A stretch of 63,724 bases of DNA, filler included, from Jimgerdemannia flammicorona (taxonomy: Eukaryota), in assembly GCA_003990765.1 (NCBI GenBank). It is 3 parts of 3 records of this genome, joined end to end, with 100 filler letters (N's around TTAATTAATTAA, not from the genome) between each part and the next. Parts side by side here need not be neighbours in the genome. Positions count along the whole stretch, not along the records: positions 1 to 21,185 come from RBNJ01001508.1; positions 21,286 to 42,458 come from RBNJ01001510.1; 1 more part is not named here. One strand, given 5' to 3'. Every line of letters begins with the position of its first letter. Position 1 is the first letter of the stretch. Position numbers and translations under genes: made by a program. The notes under the pieces are model-generated. The model had not been told where the DNA came from and did no database searches. It saw nothing but the letters and a program-made list of their open reading frames with translations. This document shows, in pieces, positions 11,585-24,965 of the stretch.

Positions 11585-12408
11585 GGTGATAAGTCAAATA
11601 CTACATCTTCAGTAGCCAGTAGATGTTCAAAATCGAAACATACCCCACCAGAGACAAGTAGTATCCTCTCCAACTCCACAGGACCTCTCTCTAGATCACA
11701 ACCCTCTGCTCCCACTAATGTCTCAGTAGGACTGACCCATATATCGAGAGATAAATATCTAAGTACTGTACCATCTCTCCTATAGGGACAATTGTTCCAA
11801 TAATATCCCCTCCCACTAGGTCATTACCTAACAATATTGTTTCACACTTATACCAATTAAGTTTAGCCTCAGAGTGTACCTCATACCACTCCACTGTCTC
11901 TCTGAGCTCCTTGACATCAGTAATTGATCTCAGACCAACTACTATGTCATCCACAAAGGTTCTAACTTTCTACCCAATTCCATAAACTGAGAGCCTGACT
12001 ATCCTCTTCCTAATCTTATCCATCAAAGGCTCTAGGGAAAGAGCATATAGAATAGGAGACAGTGAATCCCCCTAGAGTACACCCCTATCTAGGGGAAATA
12101 CCACCTCTCTATATCTATTATATATGAGTTCAGTCCTACTCCTTTTCAGTAGGCTGACAATTACTGATCAGAACTGGTGAGATACACCAATTCTATCTAA
12201 TATCTTCACCAACGAGACTTATCAAACCCAGTCATATGTCTTCTTCTGATTTAGGAAGACCAGCCACCCATCTAGTCCACAGGCTTGTGCCCCTTTAATA
12301 ACTCCATGTACTCAAGCTATATCATCCCTAATGAGTCTGTCTCCTACAAAGCCCTGCTGCTTTACACCCAAGACTTGCTGGGCCACCTTCTGCAGCCTTA
12401 TAACTACT
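11585..12408 (-). mobile_element. LINE RT fragment, interrupted by the chromovirus insertion at 12409
   Basis: Homologous to 4260-5075 (DDIVVGLRS...KLNWYKCETI). Confidence 0.85.
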
Positions 12409-13080
12409 TGTAAAAGGGTTACTTTTTAGGGTAACCGTTACGTAGTTCTGAAAAGGTTTTCTGGATATTCTGGATGTTCTAGAAGACCGTTTTCTTATAG
12501 TCAAGATCAATATCATATGGAGTATGTCCTCTACGCTTATTGATTATTAGGTTGATATCTCAACCAAAGTTCTTTTCTGGACTAGTTCTGGATGTTCAGG
12601 ATTTTCTGTATTTCAGGAAGTTCAAGAAACTAAGACCAGCTTAGTTGAATCGGCATATTGCTGCAGACAATACCCAATTAGGAAATTTCGTGATAGGGTT
12701 AGGAGTGGGACCTAACAGAGAGTGGATTTACTTAAGAGTGGTTTGTGAGTTATTTGAATAGGTTTATTTGCTATTCATGATATTGCTATACTAGAAGTAG
12801 TTGTGTAAAGGAATATTGTAGGGAAGTATTCAGGAATGTTCTTGTGTATTTGAGTCTGAGATTCTGAGATCTGGGGGAGGGGGTATTTATACTAGTGAGG
12901 GGCTATCTGGACTATGCTAGATATGGATGTAGCACTAAGTGCTTTGCTGAGTCAGAATGCAGTCATATAGTACAAGTATGATCTGACATATCAAGAGATC
13001 GTCTGACTACTGAGTCAGTTCACAGTCATGTCATATAAGGCTAATCTAACTATACTATGACTGCTAGGCTATTTATGGGT

Positions 13081-14178
13081 TTAGGCGCTGTCTGGGTAGT
13101 CTTTGATGACATCACCATCGATTGCATCATCTCTGATGAAGTAGTCATCTAGGAATAATGGTTCACGGATTACTTCTCCTTGTTCACTGAGGTAATAGTA
13201 TATTGGAACTTCATCTCCATCCTACAGGATAGCATCGTCTGTCTCATATGCTGGATAAGGTGTTGGTGGGCGAAGGAGAAATGTATTGTCTTCACTTTTA
13301 TTGGATTCGCTATCTGCATACCTTCTATAGGTTACAGCACTATGAGTTGCGGGGTTATAGTATGCTGGCAGCTGTGGTTCATGTTGCTCATACTCGGGTG
13401 GTGGGGTGGTTGGTTCGATCTCGAGGATTGTCTGAAGGTACAGGTTGTGTTCTCTGGTCTCTTCATTGTAGTTAAAGTAATCGGAGGTGAATGCGGGTTG
13501 GTATTCATGCCAGTGGTCATTGTCCCAATAAGTCTCGTATGCTGTTATGAACTGTTGTAAGTTCATTGGCAGGGTTGGCGGAGTGATCAGGGTTGGCAGA
13601 GATTCTTGACTAGAGGTCATGTCAGCATCAGAGGGATCATTGTCTTCTGCTTCATCTTCATCGAAGTGGATTATATTGTAGATGTCCTTTATGGCGTATC
13701 CAACTTGGGGCATTTGCAGAATGTAATCATTGGGGTGGGGGAAGGTTCGGTCTGTGGTTTTGACGTACTCGAGGTACTTCTGGTTGAGTTCTTGTATCAT
13801 ATCGTTGATTTGGCCATAGGACAGAGTTGCAACCATTTTGCTAGTAGTAACTTGGAGGTGGAGAATAATGGTGCTGTACTCGTAGAAGAGTTCTTGATGT
13901 TTGTGGGTGATGAGCTTCTGGTGTTGAGACATCTAGGTAATGTCTGTATCATGGTAGTGTTCAACCATGTCTTCTAGGAGGCAGCTGATCTGATAGAAGC
14001 TTGAGATTTGTCTGATTTGGTGGGCCTTGCTAAGTATGTTCAGAGCATTTCATCGGGCTTCTACAAAGTAGAGGGATGCTAGGCTATAGATATTCATGAG
14101 GGGCAGAGGGGGTGTGGCTCGGTTGACAATGGCATTCCAAATGTCAGCGCAGATATGGTTGTAGATCTCAGTGGTCAT
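13081..14178 (-). pseudogene. LTR(U3)-encoded ORF, copy in the 3' LTR of chromovirus copy 1
   Basis: 1098 nt in frame. Track ORFs 14050-14313 and 13222-13932 are parts of it; stops arise from transitions. Confidence 0.85.
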
Positions 14179-14645
14179 GTTTGTGTATTTGGAAGTTGTG
14201 GTTGTTGTTTGTTTTGGTTCTCCGATTTGATGCATCTCGGTGCTCGGTATATATACATTTAGTCCTGATTGGTAAGATTCCATTTGTGTAAATCTTGTGT
14301 TCTGTGACTTCATATTGACTCAGCTTTGTATACTGTGACTTCGGTTTGACTCAGCTTCATGATCAAGCAGGTGATTTCCAGATTTGTTCAGAGGTCACAT
14401 GTGATTTCGGTGACTTGGAGGTTGTGCGCTTACAACTCTCCCCTTCTTAGCTTTCAATGTTCTCATCAGGGTCTTCTAATTTTTTCAGTAATATAGAGAG
14501 AATAGACTTGCTTTCAGTTTCACCCTTTTTCCAGAGGGTCAGTATTCTTGTCTTGTTTTGCTGAGTTCTTGGTTTGGTTTGCAATGATTATAATGTTCAG
14601 AAGGATAATATATAGTATATATGGATAGATGTGGAGTATTTGGTT

Positions 14646-17600
14646 CTAGTTGTTCAAGGAATTATATTCCTGAACTAGGTCAGTAGCATTCTGGAGGTTG
14701 GTCTTGGGTTCCCAGGTTGTATTGTGGATCAGGTAACCTTTCCATTTGACAAGATACTCAGGGTGGCTCTTGTTGCCATTTTTGTTGAGGATTTGTTCAA
14801 CTTCGTACTCTTCTTGGTCATTAATAATGACAGGTGCAAGTGGTTTGGTGGTCTGGTTTGGAAATAGCTCATCATCATTCTCATTGTATCGCTTGAGACG
14901 TTGAACATTAAAGACTGGGTGAATCTTAATGGTGTCTGGTAGCACCAGTTTGTAGGAGATTGGAGAGATTTGTACGATGACTTCAAATGGTCTAATGAAC
15001 TTACTGTTCAGCTTTGTAGACAGTTTGTGCTTGAGGTTGTCAACTCAGTATCCTCTGATGTCTAGTAGGACTTTTTCTCCAATATCAAAAGTTTCTTCTC
15101 AGCAGTGTTGGTTAACATACTGTGATTGTTGTTCTTGAGCTCGCAATAAATTCTCGATGGCAATCTGGCTTAAATTGTGCATTTGGAGTAAGAATTCTTC
15201 AACAGCTTTAACTGTAGAGGGTTCTTCATTGGTTCAGATAAGTGTCAAAGGGATGTTTGGATTTTGTCCAGTATTGGCGAAGAATGGAGTCATTCCAAGA
15301 GAGGCTTGCTTGCTATTGTTGTAGGCAAACTCAACTGCGGTGAGGTTTTCATGCCAATCATCTTGTCTATAGGAAACATAGTTCCTTAGCATTTGTTCCA
15401 GAGTTTGGTTCATTCTTTCAGTTTGGCCATCAGTTTTTGGGTGAAAGGCTGTGGATAGTGCAAGTTTTGTTCCAAGGTGTGCATGGTGGGCTTTCCAAAA
15501 GTGGCTAGTAAATTTTGGATCTTGGTCACTAACAATGATCTTAGGAAGACCATGATAGCAGAAGATGTTGTCAAACAAGAGTGTAGCTATGTCTAGTGCT
15601 GTTGCAGTAGTGGTAGTAGACACAAAGTGGGCTTGTTTGCTGAGATAGTCCACAAAGACAACAATTGCATCTTTCCCATTCTTGGTTCAGAGTAGTTGTA
15701 CAATGAAGTCCATAGAGATTTGTTCCCAATTTACGGATGGTACTGGGATAGGGTGGAGTAAGCCAGGTTTTGCTAGTATTGAGGACTTGTTTCATTGGCA
15801 GACATCACAGAAAGTGATGTAGGTTTTGAGCTGATCTGCCATATGGGGCCAATAGAAGTTCTGGGAGATAACTTCATAGCATTTGTCAAATCCTAGATAT
15901 CCAGCTATAGGGGTATCATAACATTCGAATAGGATAGTCCTTCGGAGGTCTCGGTTGTTTGGAACATACAGTCTGTCCTTGTAGTAGATAGCATTGTTCT
16001 TGAGTTGGTATTGATTGTACCAGGTATGCTTGTCAGCATCATCATTGTTCAGAATTTCTCGGAGTGCTTGAGCTTCTTTATCATCAACACATGCTGCGAT
16101 GATTTGTTCCATGATAGTATTGGTAACCAAGGTCAGAGTTTGGATAACCTCTTCGATTGGTAGTCTGGAGATTATATTGGCAATAATATTTTCCTTGCCA
16201 GGGCAGTACTGGATTTCATAGTCAAAGTTGGTGAGGACTTTCATCCATCTGGCTTGCTTTCGGGAAAGGGTAGCCTGTGTCTTGATGTTGACTAATGACT
16301 TGTGGTCAGTCAATACAGTGAAGTATGCTCCTTCTAGATATGGTTGCCATTTGATCAGAGTGTCTATGATGGCTAGCATTTCCTTCTCGTGAGTTGCGTA
16401 GTTGATTTCGGCATCATTGAACTTGCGGGAGTGATAGGCCACAGGGTATCCTTCTTGCATGAGCACTGCTCCAAGAGCTAGGTCAGAGGCATTAGTAGTG
16501 ACTTTATATGGTAGGGCAGGGTTTGCCGCTTGAAGTACTGGTGTGGTTATCAGGACATCTTTTAGTGCTTGAAAGGCGGTATCTTGCTCGTGTCCCCAAT
16601 TTATAAGATTGTTGAAGTCTTTCTCTTATTTCATGGTCCAGGGTTGTTTTTGTTTCTTGCTATGCTTGGTCATTTGAGTGAGGGCAGTAGCAATTTTAGC
16701 AAAGTTGGCAACAAATCGCCTGTAATAGTTTACTAATCCCAGGAATGACTGGAGGTCTTTTAGCTTATTAGGTCTGGACCAATTCTTGATTGCAGAGATT
16801 TTGCTGGGATCTACTTTGATTCTATTTAGAGTGACAATGTGTCCAAGAAATTGAATTTCTTTCAGAAGAAATTCACACTTACTGAGTTTTGTAAAGAGTT
16901 AGTTTTCTCAGAGTTTCAGTAGTACTAGTTCAAGGTGTTCAAGATGTTCCTCCAGGGTTTTGCTGAAGACTAGGATGTCATCAATATAGACAACAACGAA
17001 TTTGTCCAGGTATAGATGCAGAATGGTATTCATCAGTGTCTGGAAGGTTGCTGGAGCATTAGTTAGGCCAAAGGGCATAACCAGGAACTCGAAGTGTCTA
17101 TAGTGAGTTCGGAAAGCTGTCTTGTAGATGTCTTCTTCATTCATGGCAATTTGCCAGTAACCATTTCACAGGTCAAAAGAGCTCATGAATTGTGGGTTGG
17201 TGAGCCTATTGAATATTCCATCAATCCTTGGTAGTGGGCAACAGTTTTTGATGGTCTGTTCATTGAGATCACAGTAGTCAATACACATTCGCAGATCTCC
17301 TCCTTTTTTGACAACAAAGAGGACTGGTGCACTATAGGGTGATATGCTGGGTCTGATGAATCCTTATTCTAGGAGTTCATCAATTTCTTTCTTGAGTGCA
17401 TCGATTTCTCTCGGAGACATGTGGTAGATTGACTTGAAGGCTGGTTTGGCATCTGGGATAGTCTTGATTGCATGGTCTACTACTCGTTTGGGAGGTAGGC
17501 CTTTCGGGAGCTTCTTTGGGAATATGTCTCAGAATTTCTGGAGTAGTGGTCTGACATAGCTATCAACTTTGGAAAATCTTCTTCAGAGTTCTCGGGTTCT

Positions 17601-19680
17601 CCTTTGAATGGTTGGATAGAGATGGCGAAGAGAGGGCATTTCTTGACCAATTTCTTGAGTTATAGCTTGTTGATGTGGGTGATCTGTGGTCCAGGGTCAC
17701 TAGAGTTGAGTGAGTCCTTTTCACCTTGTAGTTTGAAGTTGTGGCATCCTTTCTTGATAGTCAGAGAATGGTTTACCCAATCAATCATAGGGTTTTCTTG
17801 TTTTAACCATGGAGTTCCAAGGATGATTTCATTGTCAGGGAGTGGTATGATCTGGAGGATAACATATACTCGGTAGTCGCCAATTCAGAAGGGTAGATTG
17901 TAGACTTCTTTGCTAATAACATGTGAGGTTCCATCAGCTGTAGAAACTGCTTGAGTTTGCTGTACTGGAGAGGTGAAGACCTTGAGTCTGTTGGCTGTCT
18001 CTTCATTGATGAAGTTGCCTGAGGCACCACTGTCTATCATAATCTTGACAGGTGCTCCATTGACAAAAGCCTTAAAGGTGAGCAGTTTGTCTGATCCAAT
18101 TGTAGTGATTTCAGTTATAGGAGCCTTTCTTCTATTGGTTCTTCTTTGAGCCAGTTCGTTGACACAAGAGAAGCAATCATCAATCATTCGAGAAGAGTAC
18201 ATTCCAATACCATGAGGGCATCAGCCACTTGGTACATATCCATCTTCTATCTTCTTGTAGAATTGTTCTTCTTTGCTCATGGTAGGTTGGGCTGGGGCCT
18301 TGTTTGATGAGCCAAATCCTTTGGATCCTCAGATAGTGGGTAGTAGTTCAGGGACTTCTTTGACTGTCAGGGTTGACTTGATTTTTTTGAATAGGATCTG
18401 GGTGATGCAGAAGCCAGTAGAGATCTTGAAGGGTGTCCAACTGTGGTTTCAGATGAGGACAATAATTTTGCCTGTGTAATCCTCATCAATGACTCCTCCT
18501 TCTACTGAGAGTCCTTTCAATGCTAGGCTACTGTGGCAGCATATTCTTCCAACATGTCCTTCAGGGATTTGGATACTGATTCCTATATAGACTTGTTTGA
18601 CTTCTCGGTTGGAAACTGTAGCTTCTTCAGCTGCATACAGGTCATATCCGGCTGCTTTTTGACTTCCTTTGGTTGGGGCCTTAGCAGTTTGTCTTAACTT
18701 GACGAAGTCTAGTGTTCTGGTGGTCAGGTTGTTGAGGTGGTGAAGAGTGGTAATAGTTGCTTGTGTTGCTGTTTGGGGTTTTCGGTTGGGGCAGGCACTG
18801 GCTATGTATCCTGTCTTTCGGCAATAGAAGCATGCTCCACTTCTTCAAAGTTCATTTCTTTCACCTTCAGTAAGTTTCTTAAAGGTACTGGGCTGGGTGG
18901 GTTCAGGATTTCTGGGTGTCCAAGAGGTGGAGGTGGAGGGAGCTCGGGATGCTTCATGCTTGGGTTCTTCTTTCTTAGTCCAAGTCCTTTCCTTGTTGTT
19001 AAATTGTCTTTGAGGCAGAATTGGTCCAGCTGTTAGGATTCGCTTGACCATGGTCTTGATTCTTGCCAGGCACCATTGTTGGTGATCACAACCAACTGGG
19101 CAGCCTTGCTCTTGGATTTTTCTAGTAAGCCATTCAGGCAGGGCATCAAATAAATGGTCTGCTCTTGTACCATTTCGTGCTTCATCGTTGGCAATATATC
19201 CTAGGCCAATAGTGTTCAGGAGTGACTCAAGTTTTGTACAGAAGGTTTCAAATTCTTCTTTGCCATGACATCAAATTTGAGGTTGTAGAGTTTTACTCGA
19301 GATTCAGTAATCATGGTTTCGCTGTGGTATTGAGCAATCATGAGTTGTTTGAGTCCAGGGGCTGCAGGATGGGCTCCATATCCTGGGGCATTGTTTGCTG
19401 CATTCTGGGCAACTACTGCAGATCGGGTATCCCATGTGAGGGGTTTTTCAGGAAGGGTTCACCACCATTCTTCGGCAGGTCCTCGGAAGAATGTAACAAC
19501 TTGGCGGACATAGGCTGTAGTGGTAGCAAAGAGTTGTTCCAGGGTGTGGTCTTGATTGTTTGTCAGAACGCGGTCAGCAACTCGCTCATTAGTCTATTGA
19601 TTGGCTTTGAAGTTAGTGTCAACTACACTAATGAAGCTTTAGACTTCTTGTGCAGTACCATTGAAGGTAGGTAGGCTCAG
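14646..19680 (-). pseudogene. gag-pol: gag-dUTPase-PR-RT-RH-IN-chromodomain polyprotein, decayed
   Basis: Ordered domain motifs in track ORFs 14646-14945, 15234-15653, 15792-16466, 16908-17144 and 17885-18202. dUTPase at ~18303-18715 (AGYDL, GVIDEDYTG, GSKGFGSS). Confidence 0.92.
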
Positions 19681-21185
19681 CGACCTTTCACCGGTAACAT
19701 TCAGGTGACACAAGAATTGGACAACACTTTCTGCGAAGTTTTTGGTGAAAAGCTACTATCAACATGGCGAGCAATGAGCAAACTGGTGGGCAGGTCGGCC
19801 AGGGGGGCAGCCGTGCCTTCGACTGGCAGCAGGTTGGGAGGAAACGAGGAGATGGTTTGGAGATGCCAGGGCCATCTGTGGTGAGCGGTGGCACTGGAGG
19901 CGGAGGGAGAGGTGGACTGAGGCAGAGAGGTGGGGGGAGGGCGACCTTTGCTGACAGGGTCAGGATGGGGAAGATGGCCACAGGACTGGATGGTTGGTTG
20001 GGACTGGAGAAGGCGATGCCGAGTTCAGGAGGAGGGTAGGGAGGACCCACCATGGGAGCCTCAGTCGGTATGGGGGGAGGGGGAGTAGGGGTTGGAGATG
20101 TGACTGCTGATGGAGCTGTGACGGGAAATCTGGAAAAAAATCCAGATGTGACGGTGGTTGGCGGATCTGGACAGAAGGAGGGCACGAGGCCCGGGAACCT
20201 GGCCGATGGAGTGACAGGCATGGTGTCAGCTCCGTTACTCAAAAAGTCGAGGTCTGAATTCGCAGTCACTTTGTGTTTCCGAGGCTTGGCGGTGACTGCG
20301 AGGATGATTCTGGGGCTGGTGGCGCAGGAGGTGAAGGGGGCGGCTACGATCAAGTTCATGAAGGGGAAGGAAGGGATCGAGGTTGGGTTTGAGGAAGAGG
20401 TGTCGATGCTGGAGGCTATGGAGAAAGGGGTAGTGGTGGGTGGAGTGGTAGTTCCTATGGCGAGGTGCATGCGCTGGGATCCGAGAGTGGTGCAGTTGAC
20501 GGTGCTGGATCTTCCTACAGTGTCGCGGGAGAAGGCTAGGGAGTTGATTGTGAAGGTGGTCAAGGAGTATGGGGATGTCATCGATATCGGGTTCAAAGTC
20601 TGGGAGGGTACGGAACTTAGAACTGGAGACGTTGATGTAAGAGTACGCTTGTTTGGTCGGGAGAACACGGGGAAGGCGAGGGACTGGCCGGCGATGCTGA
20701 AGTGGGGTCCAGTTGAGTGCAGGGTCTCTCGGGTGAAAGGGACGCTGGAGGAAGAGGAGAATTTGCTGGAGGCTCTTGAGGATCTGACAGGAGCTGTCGA
20801 GAGGAGACGATTGGCCTGGAAGGAGTATGAGGCCAAGACGGTGGTGGAAATTGTAGACGGGAAGAAGATCAGGATGGATCGAGGAACTTGGGAGAAGATG
20901 CAGGGGAGGCGTATTCAGAAGGAGCTGCTGGAGAAATTGGGAGGAGGTGCAGTGGAAGGTGGAAAGGGAGGAAGTGGAGTAGGATCGAGGGAAAGTGACT
21001 GGGCTGGTGAGCCCAGAGTGGATCAAAGGGTGGCCCAAGAGGTCCGTGGGGAAGGAGGGCAGGGCGGCGTGGCGGAGGACGCTGAGATGAGCGTAGAAGT
21101 ACAGCCACAGTATGGAGTCCCGGGAGGAGTCGGAGGTGAGGAGGAGCTTCTTGATGTCCTGGAGGAGGAATGGGATGAGTCGGGA
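19681..21185 (+). mobile_element. LINE with intact 5' end (5' UTR plus ORF1 from 19764, one in-frame stop at 20037-20039), cut by the contig end
   Basis: ORF1 is homologous to 61549-63393 (RC.RWD.R, WEGT.LR.G, RDWP). The 5' end GACCTTTC...CATTCA matches the decayed copy ending at ~34519. Confidence 0.88.
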
Positions 21186-21285
21186 NNNNNNNNNNNNNNN
21201 NNNNNNNNNNNNNNNNNNNNNNNNNNNNNTTAATTAATTAANNNNNNNNNNNNNNNNNNNNNNNNNNNNNNNNNNNNNNNNNNNN
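21186..21285. other. Artificial contig linker (N44-TTAATTAATTAA-N44)
   Basis: Exactly 100 nt with an all-frame stop 12-mer; identical structure at 42459-42558. Confidence 0.97.
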
Positions 21286-21610
21286 GTGGGGAAGGAGTGG
21301 CGGATGGTGAGGCGATTACGGGGGTTGCGGATGGGAAGGGGGTTGCGGGTGGAAAGGGGGTTACGGGTTGGGAGGGAGTTGCGGATGGGGAGGGGTTACA
21401 GGTGGGTGAGAATGGGAGGGGTTACGGGTGGGGTTACGGGTGGGGTTCGGGTGGGGAGGGGGTTTGGGTAGAGGGCTTGGATGGTGTTCGTTTGAAGGGT
21501 TCGGGTGGAGGGCATGGGGAAGGTGGTTCGGGTGGGGGCAACTAAGTTTGGGTGGGCGGCGTGGTTCGGGTGGGGACGGCGTGGTTCGGGTGGAGGTGTG
21601 GGCGTGGAGG
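21286..21610 (+). repeat. G-rich degenerate tandem repeat (GGGGTT(A/G)CGGGTGGGGA-like)
   Basis: Repeated G-tracts at the contig start. Confidence 0.7.
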
Positions 21611-21698
21611 TTACCAGGGACGAAAAGCGCCGCGGTGGGATTGGGTGGCGGCCGCTCTACAAATATATCTGGATTCACTTTATTTCTCTTTTATAGTT

Positions 21699-21699
<1 letters not shown>

Positions 21700-21746
<47 letters not shown>
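21700..21746 (+). repeat. (TAA)n microsatellite
   Basis: About 15-16 perfect units. Confidence 0.97.
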
Positions 21747-21749
<3 letters not shown>

Positions 21750-23152
21750 GATAATAACAAGTAAAATTTTTAATGTGCGTCTAAATGTCATGGGCAACTG
21801 TCGAAAAATGGCTGGATGAAGCATTTCACAATGTGAGCAAAATGTCGCGAATGTCATCGCACGATCATGGCTTTCTTGCAATCAGACAAAGTCGGTCGCC
21901 CCACAAATTAAACTGATAATGCCCTTGTGCATCCGACTTGGAAGGAATTTTTTTAATACAGAAATTAGGAGTGTAAATCAACAATACCCGAATGATGATT
22001 AACAATGCTGCAATAAATTTATATAATAAGTGGGATGTGAATATGTTTTTCAAATAATTTTATGAGGCCAGAAACGGGTTCAGTGGATCTGCCTCCGATT
22101 CCACGTGGTTGCCACGCGTTGACCGAGGAACTTTGATAGACCGATGGTGAGGTTCCAGAGAAGCAAGTGAGAAATTTCTAGAGCGCGAAGCATATTGTAG
22201 CGCAAAATGAAATTTATTTTTATCCGCATATAAATTTCATCGACCATTATCATAATACAAGAGTTGAGCATTCCTTTCCAAAAGGAATGCATGTAATAAT
22301 CCCTGATATTAATGCACAAACTTTCAGGAATACCATTGAACTTATATATTATATCTGGAAACCGGTGGTTTGAGAAGGATCCTTGCCAGACTCGTCGTCA
22401 GCCACCCCTGACCCATGATACGTCCGTCAGTCCCCACTCCGGAATATTACCCTTCCTGGACCACACGCCTCGTCTATTCTCTCGCCAATTACATTCGGCG
22501 AACTCCCACTCACCAAACATAAGGCCGTCGGGAATACAATTGGAATAAACTTGTTCAGCCATGATGCCATGGTCGCAGGGTCGCTCGTATCCATTCTATT
22601 TTGTGGGAGTCAAATAAAATAATAAAACTTGGATTAGTAAGCTTGAGTGAAAAACGAGTCGCATAATCGCCCCTATATGCCCATCCGAATGTGAACCCTT
22701 ATATTAAAACTTATCAGGAGAGCCAGACAATTATACTTATCTCTTCTCTCAAATATCATCTATTATCAGTCCTTTTAGTTTTTCAGACACCTCAGCAATA
22801 TTCTTCTCTAAGATCAGTTCAAAACTACTAATCAGTAGGATCAGATTCAAATAGTAAAGATAAAGTATAAATAAGTTATCTTAAGAAGTTTAGTAGAGTT
22901 AATAATGAGAATATCAAAATATAGTAAATTTAGATATATTTATAATTCTATAGTATATTCTGAAAAATAATGTAATTTATTAGAAAATCACTATTCTAAC
23001 TCTAGTACTGACTTAAGTCTATATTTATGACTTTAATTTATAGTTCTGACCTTTAGTCTATAGCTTTAAAACTAAAGACCATATTTCTAAAATATGTAGT
23101 TCTAGAATAGTTCTAATATATTATTCTAAAATATTTAACTTTTAGAGTATAT

Positions 23153-24795
23153 TATAGTATGATGAGCAAACATTATAGTATAGTCAGATGATATACAAAA
23201 TATCCAGCATAGTTATCTCTATAGTTACCTTTATGAGCTACTTATTATATAAATTATCTGATATACTAAATTAGGACAAATTCTGTACTACCAAGATACA
23301 CCTATACTGTGAGAGTATATCTATGCCCAGAAGAAACACTTGTTTTCTGAGGAAATATCTTTCTAAATTAGTCTTACTGTATATTTTACAATTAGTTATA
23401 TGTATATATAGTAACCAGCTAGTAACTATACTTGTATAAAATATCTCAGTAATAAGAGTGAATAAATCTCAGTCTGAAAAGTTCAAAAAGCAAAAGTCAA
23501 TTGTCTGATATACTTAAGATAAGAATACCTACCAATGAGTTACTGCCAAGAAGTTGTGAGTTTTCTTTTCACTCTGGTCCACTTTCTAATATTAAGAAGT
23601 CTGTTAATTTTTAATATACTTATCAGACTAAGTTTGAAGAACTTGAGAAATCTACTATATTTTCAGTCTACTTGTTAGATTAAATATGAAGAGAAGTTTT
23701 TCAGAAAGAGAAGTCTACTATACTTTGACTAAAGCTAGTTAGCTAGATATATCTTTGCAGTAAACTTTTTCATATAAATAAAGTAGTTGACTAATATAAC
23801 TTTATTTATCAAAGAAGTTTACTAACTTCAAAATCTGCTACATTTTAGTCAGCTCTCCAGATGAAGTCTGAGAGATTGCTATTATCTACCAATCTATTAT
23901 ATTATACAGAATCTATATTATTTAAGAAATCTATCAAATTTGCCTTATTATACAAAACTGCACCTAATTAGAAAACTACTGAAATCATCTATACTATAGA
24001 AATAAGAAATTATAACTTAAGCCAATCTACATAGCTACTCAATCTTGTAATTTGCCTCTATTGAATTGGTATGTTATATCTGAGAGCTCAACTGAGAAGA
24101 TTTTCAAATCTATATAACTTTTTAGCTTACAAGAACCCAATAGCCAAACTGAATATATTTGATATAATACCAATCTCAGTAATTATAGAAGAATAAATCA
24201 TCAGCAGTATTTAGACAAAAAGAGAAGTAATCATCTTAAGACGTATCAACTACCTAGTATTAGAAGGATTCCAATCAGAGACCAGTACTATATAAAACCC
24301 TCTTAACTATCAACTCAGTCACTAAGACTATAACTTTTAAATACTCTAGAAGTATCAGTAGACTTACTACTAAGAGATCTGATTCAGCCAAATCAATCAG
24401 ATAATATAAAAAACTATGCTCAAAATTTTGAGAAACTTGTATAAGAACTTGAAGATTATATTATCTAATTTTAATTTTCTTTGGAAGCTCTATCTATCTC
24501 ACTCTTATCTAAACCAGCAGATCCTTCAAGCCTAGTACTCTAAAGAGTAAGTATATATCTATCAACTCTCAGTAGCTCAACTAGACTTAGTATATCTACA
24601 ATAAGTGAAACAGATTTAGAAACTAAAGAAGAATCAGAGAACAGTAATGATGAAATAACAGTACCACTATCTATATTTATAGAATATTTAGAAGAAGACT
24701 CAAGAGAATTCCTAGATACTCTCAAAGGAATTATAGCCCTAAAGGATCTTATCTCTAAAAAATAAATTGTAGTTTTTAAGATATAACTGAGAGAA
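23153..24795 (+). mobile_element. Heavily decayed LTR of a second family (~23153-24078) followed by PBS and 5' internal region
   Basis: The 3' end CTTGTAATTTGCCTCTATTGA...GTTATA matches the end of the solo LTR at 30447. It is followed by TGAGAGCTCAACTGAGA, a transition-decayed tRNA-Pro-like PBS (TGGGGGCTC..CCGGGA). The left boundary is approximate. Confidence 0.55.
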
Positions 24796-24963
24796 TATAA
24801 GCACACAATCTCTAAGCCACTGAAATCATGCATCACTCTCAGAACAAATCCAGAAATCATATGTAAGATCATGAAGCTAAGTCAAACTGAAGTTACAGAT
24901 TATAAAGCTGAGTCAACTCAAAGTTTAGAATATAAGATATATGAAAATGAAACCTTATCAATT
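24796..24963 (+). mobile_element. 5' fragment of a type A LTR, interrupted by a LINE
   Basis: TATAAGCACACAATC...AAGCTGAGTCA matches 670-870. Confidence 0.85.
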
Positions 24964-24965
24964 AA

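Larger units (their letters stand above)
12409..19680 (-). mobile_element. Chromovirus copy 1 (3' LTR 12409-14434, PPT 14435-14449, gag-pol interrupted at 19680 by a LINE)
   Basis: TG...CA LTR ends and PPT AAGAAGGGGAGAGT. Chromodomain (EYEVEQIL...YLVKWKGY...TWEP), integrase, RNase H (TDHKSL), RT (YIDD), protease (IDSGAS), dUTPase and gag zinc knuckle. Confidence 0.95.

Noticed and set aside
19688..20836. 382-aa minus-strand ORF (and similar ones at 20235-21038 and 61818-62693)
   Set aside because: Antisense shadows of purine-rich LINE ORF1; Ser/Pro-rich with no motifs.
21286..21610. Possible telomeric repeat
   Set aside because: Units are irregular, not TTAGGG-like tandem arrays, and the G-rich strand points away from the contig end.
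21780..22700. CpG-intact unique segment with short ORFs
   Set aside because: All frames close quickly and there is no recognisable domain; probably intergenic or a gene remnant.
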